DNA of 62,897 nt, filler included, from Octopus bimaculoides (Eukaryota): the NCBI RefSeq assembly GCF_001194135.2. It is 6 parts of 4 records of this genome, joined end to end, with 100 filler letters (N's around TTAATTAATTAA, not from the genome) between each part and the next. Parts side by side here need not be neighbours in the genome. Positions count along the whole stretch, not along the records: positions 45,091 to 49,647 come from NC_069004.1; positions 49,748 to 57,294 come from NC_069009.1; positions 57,395 to 62,897 come from NC_068981.1; 3 more parts are not named here. One strand, given 5' to 3'. Below, piece after piece: positions 48,767 to 61,145 of this stretch; positions within the stretch are counted from its first letter, which is position 1; each line of letters starts with the position of its first letter. The position numbers and the translations under genes were made by a program. Under the pieces are notes generated by a model that had not been told where the DNA came from, made no database searches, and saw only the letters and a program-made list of their open reading frames with translations.

Positions 48767-48914
48767 AGTGAAGTATATTGCCACTTAAATGTGGCTGACC
48801 CCTAGGGGTGGATGTTACTGTTGCTTTTAGGAAGAGATGTCCTCCTGGGGCTAAAAGCAACAGTAACATCCACCCCTAGGGGTCAGCCACATTTAAGTGG
48901 CAATATACTTCACT
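48767..48914. repeat. Perfect inverted repeat, 64-bp arms and 20-nt loop
   Basis: 48767-48830 is the exact reverse complement of 48851-48914. Confidence 0.95.
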
Positions 48915-48970
48915 ATNNNNNNNNNNNNNNNNNNNNNNNNNNNNNNNNNNNNNNNNNNNNNNNNNNNNNN

Positions 48971-49015
<45 letters not shown>

Positions 49016-49747
49016 AAAACAGTGGCTCAGAATAATATCTGCACAGTAATTAACCTGCTGTCTACCAGTGATATCAATGACTTCTCAGTCACTGTTATTC
49101 TATATCTCAATATATTTTATATATTGTTGGCAGTGAGATTTGGCCGCTATGCAGCGATTGAACAACTGCTACCGAAGAAACACAGTATGCTGAAATCACA
49201 TGATCTGGCAGTCCCGGCGCCCGTGCCAGACGATTCTTGTCTGCTAACGATGTATGTCTATGCTCTTAGGGAGAAGTTTCAGTCTGCGACAAATACGCCC
49301 AAAATAGTCTTTCTCGGCACAGTAGAAGCCATAAATGACCAATGCTCCTTAGTTTTTTTTCTTGTTGCTTGAAGGACAAATATAGTGTAAAAGGGAGCAA
49401 GACCCCCTTCGGTCATGAATGACCGTGGGATTGCACCTAGAAAGTTCCCCTCCGAAGCACAAGTCCGGGCAAGGTCGTTTATGGGAGACCAGCAGTCACC
49501 CATGCATACCAGCCTCTTCTCTCCATGCCACCGATGTTGTCCAAGGGAAGGGCCAACAACTTGGCACCAGTGACATCTCAACTCATTTCTACAGCTAAGG
49601 GAAGTGGAACAATGTGAAATAAAATGTCTTGCTCAAGGACACAACATNNNNNNNNNNNNNNNNNNNNNNNNNNNNNNNNNNNNNNNNNNNNTTAATTAAT
49701 TAANNNNNNNNNNNNNNNNNNNNNNNNNNNNNNNNNNNNNNNNNNNN

Positions 49748-50040
49748 GAGTAGATTTGGTAGACGGAAACTAAAAGAAGCCCGTCGTATATATGTATATA
49801 TATATATATATATGTATGTGTGTTTGTGTGTCTGTGTTTATCCCCCCAACATCGCTTGACAACCGATGCTGGTGTGTTTACGTCCCCGTGACTTAGCAGT
49901 TCGGCAAAAATAGACCAATAGAATAAGTACTAGGCTTACAAAGAATAAGTCCTGGGGTCGATTTCCTTGACTAAAGGTGGTGCTCCATCATGGCCGCAGT
50001 CAAATGACTGAAACAAGTAAAAGAGTAAAAGAGTAAAGAG
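49748..50040 (+). mobile_element. SINE family A, 3' two-thirds
   Basis: gatttggtagacggaaact.aaagaagcccgtcg...gactgaaacaagtaaaagagtaaaagag. Confidence 0.85.
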
Positions 50041-50075
50041 TATATATATATATATATATATATGAGCCAATGATA

Positions 50076-50580
50076 GACACCTCTGCATGGTAATTACACT
50101 TGATATTAATAGCAATAGCAGCCAAATCACTTTCAGATCATACCTTGCCATTCTGTGAAGGATAAAAAATTGCAGTATGGATGCTGAAGTTATACATGGT
50201 TCTAAAACGACAGGATGGTCCTGGATGGAATGCTTTATTTAATCATAGTCTTCTTGATGAGATAGACCTCCGGCTAAACAGCTACAATGACATCAACAAC
50301 AAGAGTAAGAGGTTTGTTGATAAATAAATTCAAAATGAAGTGGAAACTGCATTGAAGCCGTCTACAAGCTGACACTTCATTGGTTCTGACATTGAGGCTT
50401 CCAGTTGAGCCAATCAGTGGAACAGCTGCTTCGTAAAATGAACATGCACTCCACAGACCATGTACAACTTCAGCATCCATACTGTCATTTTTTTCTTTCA
50501 CAGAATGGCAAATTATGATCTGAAAGAGATTTGGCTGCTATTTCTATTAGTATCAGGTGTAATTACCATGCAGAGGTGTC
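50076..50580. repeat. Inverted repeat, ~124-bp arms and ~256-bp spacer
   Basis: 50076-50200 versus the reverse complement of 50457-50580; about 90% identical by manual alignment. Confidence 0.85.
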
Positions 50581-50746
50581 TGTCATTGTGAGCACACTAC
50601 AGACACATATCCCTTTGACATGGTTTTCAATAAGATTCAATGTGACAAGGCTTGGCCCCTTTGAATTACAGGTACAACTTAATTTTGCCAGATGTGTGTA
50701 CTGGAGCAACGTGAAATAAAGGGCACATTTGTTTATATATATGAGT

Positions 50747-50935
50747 GGAGGTGCATGGCTTAGTGGTTCGGGTGTCAGCACCATGATCGTAAGATTGTGG
50801 TTTCGATTCCTGGACTGGGCGACACGTTGTGTTCTTGGGCAAGACACTTCATTTCACTTTGCTCCAATCCACTCAGCTGGCAAAAATGAGTAATGCTGCG
50901 ATGGACTGGTGTCCCATCCAGCTGGGGGGAACACA
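50747..50935 (+). mobile_element. SINE family D
   Basis: ggtgcatggcttagtgg...ggtttcgattcctgg...ttcttgggcaagacactt...ctccaatccactcagctggc...gatggactggtgtcccatccag. Confidence 0.75.
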
Positions 50936-51050
50936 TACGCCAATGATGAGGGTTACAGTTGAGCTGATCGATGGAACGCTTGCTCGTGAAATTAATGTGC
51001 CCCTAATGTAGTTCACAGGGACATTATGCTTAACAGGAAATGTGACAAAG

Positions 51051-51627
51051 GCAGTGAGCTGGCAAAAACGTTAGCATGCCGGTCGAAATGCTTAGTGGTA
51101 TTTCGTCTATCATGACGTTCTGAGTTCAAATTCCGCCGAGGTTGACTTTGCCTTTCATTCTTTCAGGGTCGATAAATTAAGTACCTGTTACGCACTGGGG
51201 TCGATGTAATTGACTTAATCCCTTTGTCTGTCCTTGTTTGTCCCCTCNNNNNNNNNNNNNNNNNNNNNNNNNNNNNNNNNNNNNNNNNTCGGGGTCGATA
51301 AATTAAATACCAGTTACGCACTGGGGTCAATGTAATCAACTTAATCCCTTTGTCTGTCCTTGTTTGTCCCCTCAATGTTTAGCCCCTTGTGGGCAATAAA
51401 GAAATAAGAAACATTAACACGCTGGGCCAAATGCTTAGCAGTATTTCGTCTGCTATTACGTTCTGAGTTCAAATTCCGCCGAGGTTGACTTTGCCTTTCA
51501 TTCTTTCAGGGTCGATAAATTAAGTACCTGTTACGCACTGGGGTCGATGTAATTGACTTAATCCCTTTGTCTGTCCTTGTTTGTCCCCTCTGTGTGTAGC
51601 CCCTTGTGGGCAGTAAAGAAATAAGAA
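51051..51627 (+). mobile_element. Head-to-tail array of at least 3 SINE family B units
   Basis: Unit 1 51051-51247 (to gap), unit 2 51289-51410, unit 3 51407-51627; junction aataagaaacattaacac. Confidence 0.85.
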
Positions 51628-51639
51628 AGTGAAAAGGTT

Positions 51640-52420
51640 AGCCCTTTTGAATTACAGGTACAACTCATTTTTGCCAGCCAAGTGGACCGGAGCAATGTGA
51701 AGCAAAGTGTCTTGCCCAAGGACACTGGCATTCCGTTTGTTATGATGCAGAGGGTTCCAGATGATCCAATCAATCAAACAGCCTGTTTGTTAAATTACTC
51801 CACAGACCCGAGTAACCCTTAGCGTAGTCCTCAGGGAGATTCAGCATGACACAGAGTGTGACAAGGCTGGCCCCTTTGAATTACAGGTACAACTCGTTTT
51901 TGCCAGTTGAGTGTACTGGAGCAACGTAAAATAAAGTGCCTTGCTCAAGGACAGACAGCACCATTGGGAATTAAACCCCTTACAACCGTGAGCAAAATAC
52001 CCCAATCCACATGCCTTCACTAAAATCTGACACTTTGTTGGTCACGACGATAAGGGTTCCAGTTGATCTAATCAACAAAATAGCCTGCACATGAAATTAA
52101 CATGCAAGAGGCTGAGTATTCCACAGATGTGTACCCTTAACCAGGGCCAGCCCTTGGGTTGCTGGTGCCTCTGGCAAGCTGAACTTTGGCATGTACGAGC
52201 TGACAATTGTGGAAATTTCCTTGTCTTTGTCATGCTCACCTTGGCACCCCTAGCACATGGTACCCTGGGCAAATGCCTGAATTGCTGGTACCCTGAGCTG
52301 GCCCTGCCCTTTGCATATTTCTCATGGAGATTCAGAATGACACAGAGTGTGACGAGGCTGGCCCTTTAAATTACAGGTTGCCAGTGGAGCGCTAACAGCA
52401 CCATCCGAGCGGGACCACTG
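51640..52420 (-). mobile_element. Nest of reverse-oriented SINE family D fragments
   Basis: ccctttgaattacaggtacaact...ttgccag...ggagcaa.gt.aa...aaagtg.cttgc.caaggac recurs at ~51640, 51870 and 52360 (also 50655). Confidence 0.7.
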
Positions 52421-52447
52421 CCAGAGCAGCTGTCTGGCTTCCATGCC

Positions 52448-52610
52448 GGTGGCACGTAAAAAGCGCCATTTGAGCATGATCGTTACCAGCGTCGCCTTAC
52501 TGGCACTTGTGCTGGTGGCACGTAAAAAGCGCCATTTGAGCATGATCGTTACCAGCGTCGCCTTACTGGCACTTGTGCTGGTGGCACGTAAAAAGCGCCA
52601 TTTGAGCATG
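52448..52610. repeat. 66-bp perfect tandem repeat running into an 850-N gap
   Basis: Unit ggtggcacgtaaaaagcgccatttgagcatgatcgttaccagcgtcgccttactggcacttgtgct starts at 52448, 52514 and 52580. Confidence 0.95.
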
Positions 52611-53460
52611 NNNNNNNNNNNNNNNNNNNNNNNNNNNNNNNNNNNNNNNNNNNNNNNNNNNNNNNNNNNNNNNNNNNNNNNNNNNNNNNNNNNNNNNNNN
52701 NNNNNNNNNNNNNNNNNNNNNNNNNNNNNNNNNNNNNNNNNNNNNNNNNNNNNNNNNNNNNNNNNNNNNNNNNNNNNNNNNNNNNNNNNNNNNNNNNNNN
52801 NNNNNNNNNNNNNNNNNNNNNNNNNNNNNNNNNNNNNNNNNNNNNNNNNNNNNNNNNNNNNNNNNNNNNNNNNNNNNNNNNNNNNNNNNNNNNNNNNNNN
52901 NNNNNNNNNNNNNNNNNNNNNNNNNNNNNNNNNNNNNNNNNNNNNNNNNNNNNNNNNNNNNNNNNNNNNNNNNNNNNNNNNNNNNNNNNNNNNNNNNNNN
53001 NNNNNNNNNNNNNNNNNNNNNNNNNNNNNNNNNNNNNNNNNNNNNNNNNNNNNNNNNNNNNNNNNNNNNNNNNNNNNNNNNNNNNNNNNNNNNNNNNNNN
53101 NNNNNNNNNNNNNNNNNNNNNNNNNNNNNNNNNNNNNNNNNNNNNNNNNNNNNNNNNNNNNNNNNNNNNNNNNNNNNNNNNNNNNNNNNNNNNNNNNNNN
53201 NNNNNNNNNNNNNNNNNNNNNNNNNNNNNNNNNNNNNNNNNNNNNNNNNNNNNNNNNNNNNNNNNNNNNNNNNNNNNNNNNNNNNNNNNNNNNNNNNNNN
53301 NNNNNNNNNNNNNNNNNNNNNNNNNNNNNNNNNNNNNNNNNNNNNNNNNNNNNNNNNNNNNNNNNNNNNNNNNNNNNNNNNNNNNNNNNNNNNNNNNNNN
53401 NNNNNNNNNNNNNNNNNNNNNNNNNNNNNNNNNNNNNNNNNNNNNNNNNNNNNNNNNNNN

Positions 53461-53566
53461 CTACCACCACCACTAACTACCACTGCTACTACTTTCAGAA
53501 CTACTACTACTACTACTACTACTATTGCTGCTGCTACTATTACTACCACTACTACTACTACCACTA

Positions 53567-53600
<34 letters not shown>

Positions 53601-53800
53601 GACCACCATCACCACTACTGCTGCTACTACTACTACTTCCACTACTACTGCTGCTACTGCTACTATTCCTGCTGCTGCTACAACTACTACTACTACTACA
53701 ACCACTTCTACTGTTGCTGCTGCTACTACTACTACTACTACTATTACTGTTGCTGCTACTACTACTACTACTACTACAACCACTTCTACTGTTGCTGCTG

Positions 53801-53834
<34 letters not shown>

Positions 53835-55623
53835 CACTACTATTACTTCTACTTCAACTACTATTTCTAAAACTACCACCACCACAACTACCAGCACCAG
53901 AGGCGCTGTTGTTCTCATCATGACCACTACCACCACCACCACCACAACTGCCAACCATCGTCACCACCAACACCATTACTGTCATCGTCATCAGCATTAC
54001 AGCACCATCAACAAGAGTATTTACAATATCACCACCACCACTAACACCACCACCGTCCTCCCCATCACCACCATAGCCACAACCACCTCAACCACTACCA
54101 CCATCACCACCGCTACCACAATCATTATCATCACCACCACTACCACCATTACCACCACCAACACCATCAATAACAGCAACACCACCACCTTCACTATCAC
54201 CACCACCACCACCACAACTACCTCAACTACTACCACCGTCACCACTACAACCACAATCATTGTCATCACCACTACCGCCGCCACGTCCATCACCATCTCC
54301 ACCACCAACACCACTACCACCTCCAAATCCACAACCTCTATACTACCACCACCACTATCATCACAACCACCAACAACCATGAATAACAGCAACACCACTA
54401 CTACCACTACCACCACCTCCACAACCACCATCTCCACCGCCACCACTACCACCACCACCACTACCAGCATCACCACCACCGCTACCGAATCTATAACATC
54501 TATAGTACCACCACACCTCTCATCACAACCACCAATACCATCAATAACAGCAACACTACCGCCACCACATTCACTCTCACCATTACCACCACCACTATCA
54601 CAACTACCTCAGCTACTACCACCATCACCTCCACAACCACCACCAACCATCAATAACACCACCACCACCACCTTCACCAGCTTCACTACCTCCCTAACCA
54701 CCATCATCACCACCACCTTCACTACCTCCCTAACCACCACCACCTTCACCAGCTTCACTACCTCCCTAACCACCACCACCTTCACCNNNNNNNNNNNNNN
54801 NNNNNNNNNNNNNNNNNNNNNNNNNNNNNNNNNNNNNNNNNNNNNNNNNNNNNNNNNNNNNNNNNNNNNNNNNNNNNNNNNNNNNNNNNNNNNNNNNNNN
54901 NNNNNNNNNNNNNNNNNNNNNNNNNNNNNNNNNNNNNNNNNNCTTCACTACCTCCCTAACCACCACCACCTTTACCACCTCCCCAACTACCTCCCGAACC
55001 ACCACCATCACCAGTCCATAAATATCCGCCTGAAATTGTGATGAAATGTTTTGCCGGGAGAGTAAAGAGAGATAAAATATGGAGGGAAGAAGAAGAGAAT
55101 TGAATTTTAAGGGAAAAAAAAAAGAACTTCTCTTCTGCTTTTCAGACATTTGTTTGCAAAGAGTGATTTGTGGCCATCAATTACCTCTTTTTAATTAGAG
55201 TCGTTATTGGTAGCAGGGGTGGTGGTAGTGGTAGTAGTTGTGGTGGTGGTAGTGGTGCTAGTTGTAGTGGTGATGGTAGTATTGGTGGTGGTGGTAATTG
55301 TGGTAGTGATAGTAATTGTGGTGGTGGTGGTAGTGGTGCACGTTGTAGTAGATATGGTAGTGGTAGTGGTGCTAGTTGTAGTAGATATGGTAGTGGTAGT
55401 GGTGCTAGTTGTAGGGGTGATGATAGTTGTAGTAGAGATGGTAGTATTGGTGGTGGTGGTAGTGGTGCAAGTTGTGGTTATAGTAGTAGTGGTTTTGGTT
55501 GTGCTAGTGGTGATGGTAGTGGCTCTACTTGTAGTGATGATGGTAGTGGTGGTGGTGGTAGTATTGGTAATGGTGGTAGTTGTGGTAGTGGTGATGGATG
55601 TGGTTGTAGTAATGGTCACAGTG

Positions 55624-55657
<34 letters not shown>

Positions 55658-55960
55658 CAGGTGTAGTAATGATGATGGTGTTGAAAGTAGTAGAGGTGGT
55701 GGTGGTGGTAAGAATGGTAGTGTTGGTGGTGGTGATGGCACTAGTTGAAGTGGTGGTGGGAATGGTGTTGGTGGTGGCTGTTGTATAGGTTGTGGTGATG
55801 GTAAGGGTAGTAGTTGTGGTGATAGTAGTTGTAGTGATACTAGCAGTGGTCATCGTGTTAATTGTTGTGGTGATGGTGATGGTGGTAGTGTTGGTGTAGT
55901 AGCAGTAATAGTAATTACAGTAGTTACAGTATTGGTGGAAGTGGTGGTGGTGGTAATAGG
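53461..55960. repeat. Large (ACT/ACC)n tract followed by a (GGT/AGT)n tract; includes a ~33-36-bp minisatellite near 54660-54990
   Basis: Directly visible; accounts for the Thr-, Val- and Gly/Ser-rich ORFs. Confidence 0.9.
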
Positions 55961-56125
55961 ATTTTAAATTTTGTTTATTTCATTTTATTTTGTTTTTGTT
56001 TTTTTTCTCTTCTTTTTTGTTTGGAATTGGAAAACTATAAATTATTTTTGAAAATGTTTTATGCCAACTATCTCCACCAATATACTAATACTACTATTAC
56101 CACTACTGCTACTACTAGAAATAAA

Positions 56126-56159
<34 letters not shown>

Positions 56160-56161
<2 letters not shown>

Positions 56162-56312
56162 CCTTTCTATTATAGGCACAAGGCCTGCAATTTGGGGGCA
56201 GGGAGATAATCAATTACATTGACCCCAGTACTTAACTGGTACTTATTTTATTAACCCTGAAAGGTTGAAAGGGAAAGTCAACCTCGTCAAAATTTGAACT
56301 CAGAACATAAAC
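56160..56312 (-). mobile_element. SINE family B-related copy, reverse orientation
   Basis: attacattgaccccagtacttaactggtacttattttatt.accctgaaagg.tgaaagg.aaagtcaacct...tttgaactcagaac. Confidence 0.7.
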
Positions 56313-57005
56313 ACAGATGAAAAATAACTATAACAACAATAATAATAATAATAATAACCAGGCAGTGGCTCTCGTGGCTTCTGATCTTAATTGATTGGAA
56401 GTGTTATGATGTACATTGTTTTGTCTTGGTATAAAACGATGGGTTTTACAGCAAATATTCTGATCAATACTACAGATTTGTTTAACCAGTTGAGCATGTC
56501 CCTTAGTGGCTGATGATATCTGCATCTCTGATCATGAGCAGAAGTAGTGGGGGAGCATCATAGCCATGTAAGAGGAATTCTTTGGAGCTTGGATAATTTA
56601 CTTTTGGAAACATGGGTGTCTGGATGTTTTGCGTTCTTGTCCCATTCTGTATTATAATCGTGCCATGCGGACATTTATTGTGGTTTTAGAGTCAGGATTT
56701 GACTGCTATTTTTTCAACGTGGTGGTATCTCTTCATACCCCGTATTATAATTTTAAATAATTATTACCTTTGATGGTTTTTATTCCCATGCTGACCNNNN
56801 NNNNNNNNNNNNNNNNNNNNNNNNNNNNNNNNNNNNNNNNNNNNNNNNNNNNNNNNNNNNNNNNNNNNNNNNNNNNNNNNNNNNNNNNNNNNNNNNNNNN
56901 NNNNNNNNNNNNNNNNNNNNNNNNNNNNNNNNNNNNNNNNNNNNNNNNNNNNNNNNNNNNNNNNNNNNNNNNNNNNNNNNNNNNNNNNNNNNNNNNNNNN
57001 NNNNN

Positions 57006-57046
<41 letters not shown>

Positions 57047-57258
57047 AAAGTTTTAAATTTAAATTTAAGAGAGAGATTTGACGCTAATATCCATTATTAT
57101 TGTAGGGGTGATGATAGTTGTAGTAGAGAAGGTAGTATTGATAGTGGTGTTAGTGGTGCAAGTTGTAGTGGTTATAGTAGTGGTGGTTGTGATTGTGCTA
57201 GACTTTTTTGCGGTGAAATCTCTTGCTATATTGGTTACGATTACATGGTTTTCTATGA

Positions 57259-57294
<36 letters not shown>

Positions 57295-57394
57295 NNNNNN
57301 NNNNNNNNNNNNNNNNNNNNNNNNNNNNNNNNNNNNNNTTAATTAATTAANNNNNNNNNNNNNNNNNNNNNNNNNNNNNNNNNNNNNNNNNNNN

Positions 57395-57443
<49 letters not shown>

Positions 57444-58774
57444 ATGTAAACACACACTTATATATATATACATATTAATATATACAATGTGTGGGTGCAA
57501 TATACACACTAAATATATTAGTGGTTCGTGCTTCTCCTTGTTAAACATTAACAAAAAAACCTTTAATGTTATTATTGTCATAAACACTGACATCTTGAGC
57601 CTCATATCCGTTCTGTCCTGCCTTAACTATCTCTAACCTTTCCGCTGGAGCAGAAATCTGACCACTTTAACGTTACAATACGGCAAAGGTCAATATACTT
57701 CAGCACTTTATACCTTAATTAATATCCTTATTATTTATTATCACCGCCTTTCTGACTTCCTCTGTTTCTGTCGTTTGTATTGATGCTGATATTGTCTTCA
57801 TTGTCCTTTTCCGTTGTCTTTTGCGTCGTCTTTAAGATTTCTTGTTGACATGTTTCCTGAGAAAACAACTGACTGCTAAATAAAGAATATGAAACGCATG
57901 GTTAATTATACATTCAGGAGGTTAGCGGAGGGAGCTGGCTAAATATAGATAGTCTATTAATATCTTCAAGGTAGACGTCGTCTGTAGATTTTTCAAGAAA
58001 CTAAATAGATACTGTTTGTATATGTTCACTGAAAAGACTGTGTCTGGTTGTTGGTTTCATAACCAATGTCTATATATTTTAGATAAAGATTTATGACCGT
58101 CTCTACGCTATTTATACAGAGTCTGCTAAACACTGTTTAAAGCCGACATAAAGAATCCATGTGTTCCGAAGACAAATATTCACAGAGCACATGATATTAA
58201 TATTCTACCTTCGATATACTGTCACTAAATGACAAATGAAACCTTTTGTTAGATCACAGTCATCAGTTTTACCAGGATTTTCCATCTCATCAGAAGGGAC
58301 AGAGCTTTAAGGGTCTCACAAAGTTAGCTGTTCTCTGAATATGTGCGACATGATTACATTTATTAACGAGAGAAGGAAAGGCACTATTCTGTACAGGAGC
58401 AACTTATGGACGTCTATCTGAAACAGAAGTATGTTTGGGGGGGNNNNNNNNNNNNNNNNNNNNNNNNNNNNNNNNNNNNNNNNNNNNNNNNNNNNNNNNN
58501 NNNNNNNNNNNNNNNNNNNNNNNNNNNNNNNNNNNNNNNNNNNNNNNNNNNNNNNNNNNNNNNNNNNNNNNNNNNNNNNNNNNNNNNNNNNNNNNNNNNN
58601 NNNNNNNNNNNNNNNNNNNNNNNNNNNNNNNNNNNNNNNNNNNNNNNNNNNNNNNNNNNNNNNNNNNNNNNNNNNNNNNNNNNNNNNNNNNNNNNNNNNN
58701 NNGTGTGTGTGCATGCATGTGTGTATGTTCGCGCGCGCGCAGGTGTGTGTGTATGTTCGTGTGTTTACGTTCGA

Positions 58775-59370
58775 CTTTCATTACCTTCTCGAAAGTTTTA
58801 CAGATTTTTACAGTTCCGATGATGGATTGGATCTGTAGTCTTCGAATTAGCTTTCTCCTTTCTGGTTTTGAGGAGCCTAATTTCTCAAGATTGGTATTTA
58901 GGCAGTGTGTTACATATCCCAGGGCCCCAATAATTACAGGTATAAACCTGAACTTGTAATCTAGATAGAATAACTGCAGATTTCTCAATAGTGCAGCGTA
59001 AGTGTTCTCTTTTTCACTAATCTTCAGGTTTATGTTAACATCTATTGGGCGGCTAATTTCCACAAGTGTACATAGTTTCTCTTCTCTATCCCAAATCATT
59101 ATATCAGGTCTTTTGTGCTTACATTTTATTGAGATCTTCACTGGGACATTACACCAGTGCTCTTTTTTATTATGAGTGGCTATGGTTTCTACCATACTGT
59201 GAGTTCTTATTTCTTTGTCCTCGGGGTTATCCTTCCGACGGATTTCATTATTAAGTGTCGTATTTACATCATATCTCATCGGCAGATAAAACCGTGATGA
59301 CATTTTCGGACAACTGTTTATGATGTGCATGATATCTTCGGTGTTAACTCCACAAAGTCTGCATTTGTTG
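58775..59370 (-). mobile_element. C-terminal CCHC zinc knuckle and restriction-like endonuclease of an RLE-class non-LTR retrotransposon
   Basis: Open reading: KCRLCGVNTEDIMHIINSC ... KHKRPDIMIWDREEKLCTLVEIS ... KISEKENTY ... FIPVIIGALG ... LQIQSIIGTVKICKTF. Confidence 0.9.
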
Positions 59371-59498
59371 TATATATATGTATATATGTATGTGTATATA
59401 TATGTATGTATATATGTATATATGTATGTATATATGTGTATGTATGTATATATGTATGTATGTACGTACTTGCGTATGCATGCATGTATGTAAGTATT

Positions 59499-59531
<33 letters not shown>

Positions 59532-60096
59532 TATGGTAATATATAAAATGTGCAATAATATATTTTTGCTACATTTGCGTGTGAGTGTGTGATATTTATA
59601 AAGTGTGTGCTATCATGCCTTTACGTATATGTGTCTGCGTCTGTGTGAATAATATATATATATCGAGAGACGAAGAGCAATCATATATTTGTTATGTGTG
59701 TGTGGTGTGTGTGTGGTGTGTTTGTTTGTGCGCGCGAGCGTGTGTGAGTATGCAGTCGTGTACTTGTCTACTCGTTTATGGAGGGAGGGACTTTATAACA
59801 ACGTATTTGCCTACGCGCATGTGCGCATGCGCATGAGACACAGAAAGAGTGAGTGAGCAATCATCTGTTTGCCTTCATGAGTGTGGAGTGTGTATGTGCG
59901 AGTGTGCTCACGCACGCATTGAGTTATGTGTGTGTATGTGTGTTCGTGCACGTATTGTTTTGTGTGTGTGTGTGTGTGCTCGCGCGTTGTGTTGGGTGTG
60001 TGTATACATATATGTATGTATGTTACTGTAAATATATTTATACTTGTGTATACGTGTAAACTTGCGCATGTGTCTTTCTTATGTTTGCATATCTGT

Positions 60097-60174
<78 letters not shown>

Positions 60175-60499
60175 CGTGTGTGTGTGTGCGCATGTGCGCG
60201 TACAAGTTGATATATATGCACGTCATTACATATTGAGTTCTGTGTATGTAAGTGTGTATAAGTCAGTGCAGTGCATGTATGTGAGAACTTCCGCTGTGTG
60301 CATATGTATTAGTACGTGCGGTTCTAAGTAAACTTATGTGTGATCGTGTTTCTATGGGTATACGTGTATATGTATGCGTTCGTGTGCGTGTGTATGTGTG
60401 TGTGTGCCTTCATGCGTGCGTATGTTTGTGTGCGTGTGTGTATCCCCTTGCGTACGTGCGTGTGTGTGCGCGTGTGTGTGTGTGTGTGCGTGTGCCTCC

Positions 60500-60531
<32 letters not shown>

Positions 60532-60846
60532 ATGTGCCTCCTTGTGTGTGTGTGTGTGTGTGNNNNNNNNNNNNNNNNNNNNNNNNNNNNNNNNNNNNNN
60601 NNNNNNNNNNNNNNNNNNNNNNNNNNNNNNNNNNNNNNNNNNNNNNNNNNNNNNNNNNNNNNNNNNNNNNNNNNNNNNNNNNNNNNNNNNNNNNNNNNNN
60701 NNNNNNNNNNNNNNNNNNNNNNNNNNNNNNNNNNNNNNNNNNNNNNNNNNNNNNNNNNNNNNNNNNNNNNNNNNNNNNNNNNNNNNNNNNNNNNNNNNNN
60801 NNNNNNNNNNNNNNNNNNNNNNNNNNNNNNNNNNNNNNNNNNNNNN

Positions 60847-60885
<39 letters not shown>
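59371..60885. repeat. (TA)/(TG)/(TC) dinucleotide-rich region with a gap
   Basis: Directly visible. Confidence 0.9.
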
Positions 60886-61145
60886 GTAATTCAACGCCAG
60901 CCTAGCCATAAGCCAACAAGTTTCTGTGGAATAGCTAGTGCTCAAGTGGACAGATATCAATCATCGACACAAACAGCTGTTTCCAAAACTTCTAAGTATG
61001 TAATCGTTATCGGTAAACCACTACCATCACCACCGCCGTCGCCGCCACCGAAGTCACCACCACCACCAATACTACTACTACTACTACTACTACTGTTAAT
61101 AATAATAATAATAATGATAATAATAATAATAATAATAATAATAAT

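Noticed and set aside
52448-52610. CRISPR-like array
   Set aside because: The units are fully identical with no unique spacers, the context is eukaryotic, and there are no cas genes.
53525-55853. Long Thr-, Val-, Leu- or Gly/Ser-rich ORFs resembling mucins or glycine-rich proteins
   Set aside because: They are open in several frames on both strands because the trinucleotide repeats lack stops; no splice or domain evidence.
22869-57350. TTAATTAATTAA embedded in N-runs at 22869, 27910, 45035, 49692 and 57339
   Set aside because: At the sites counted it has 44 N on each side (100 bp total), the others look the same, and it carries stops in all six frames. This is an assembly gap spacer, not biology.
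60965-61000. Minus-strand GAAACAGCTGTT palindrome typical of Penelope-type hammerheads
   Set aside because: No CTGANGA core or stem I partner upstream.
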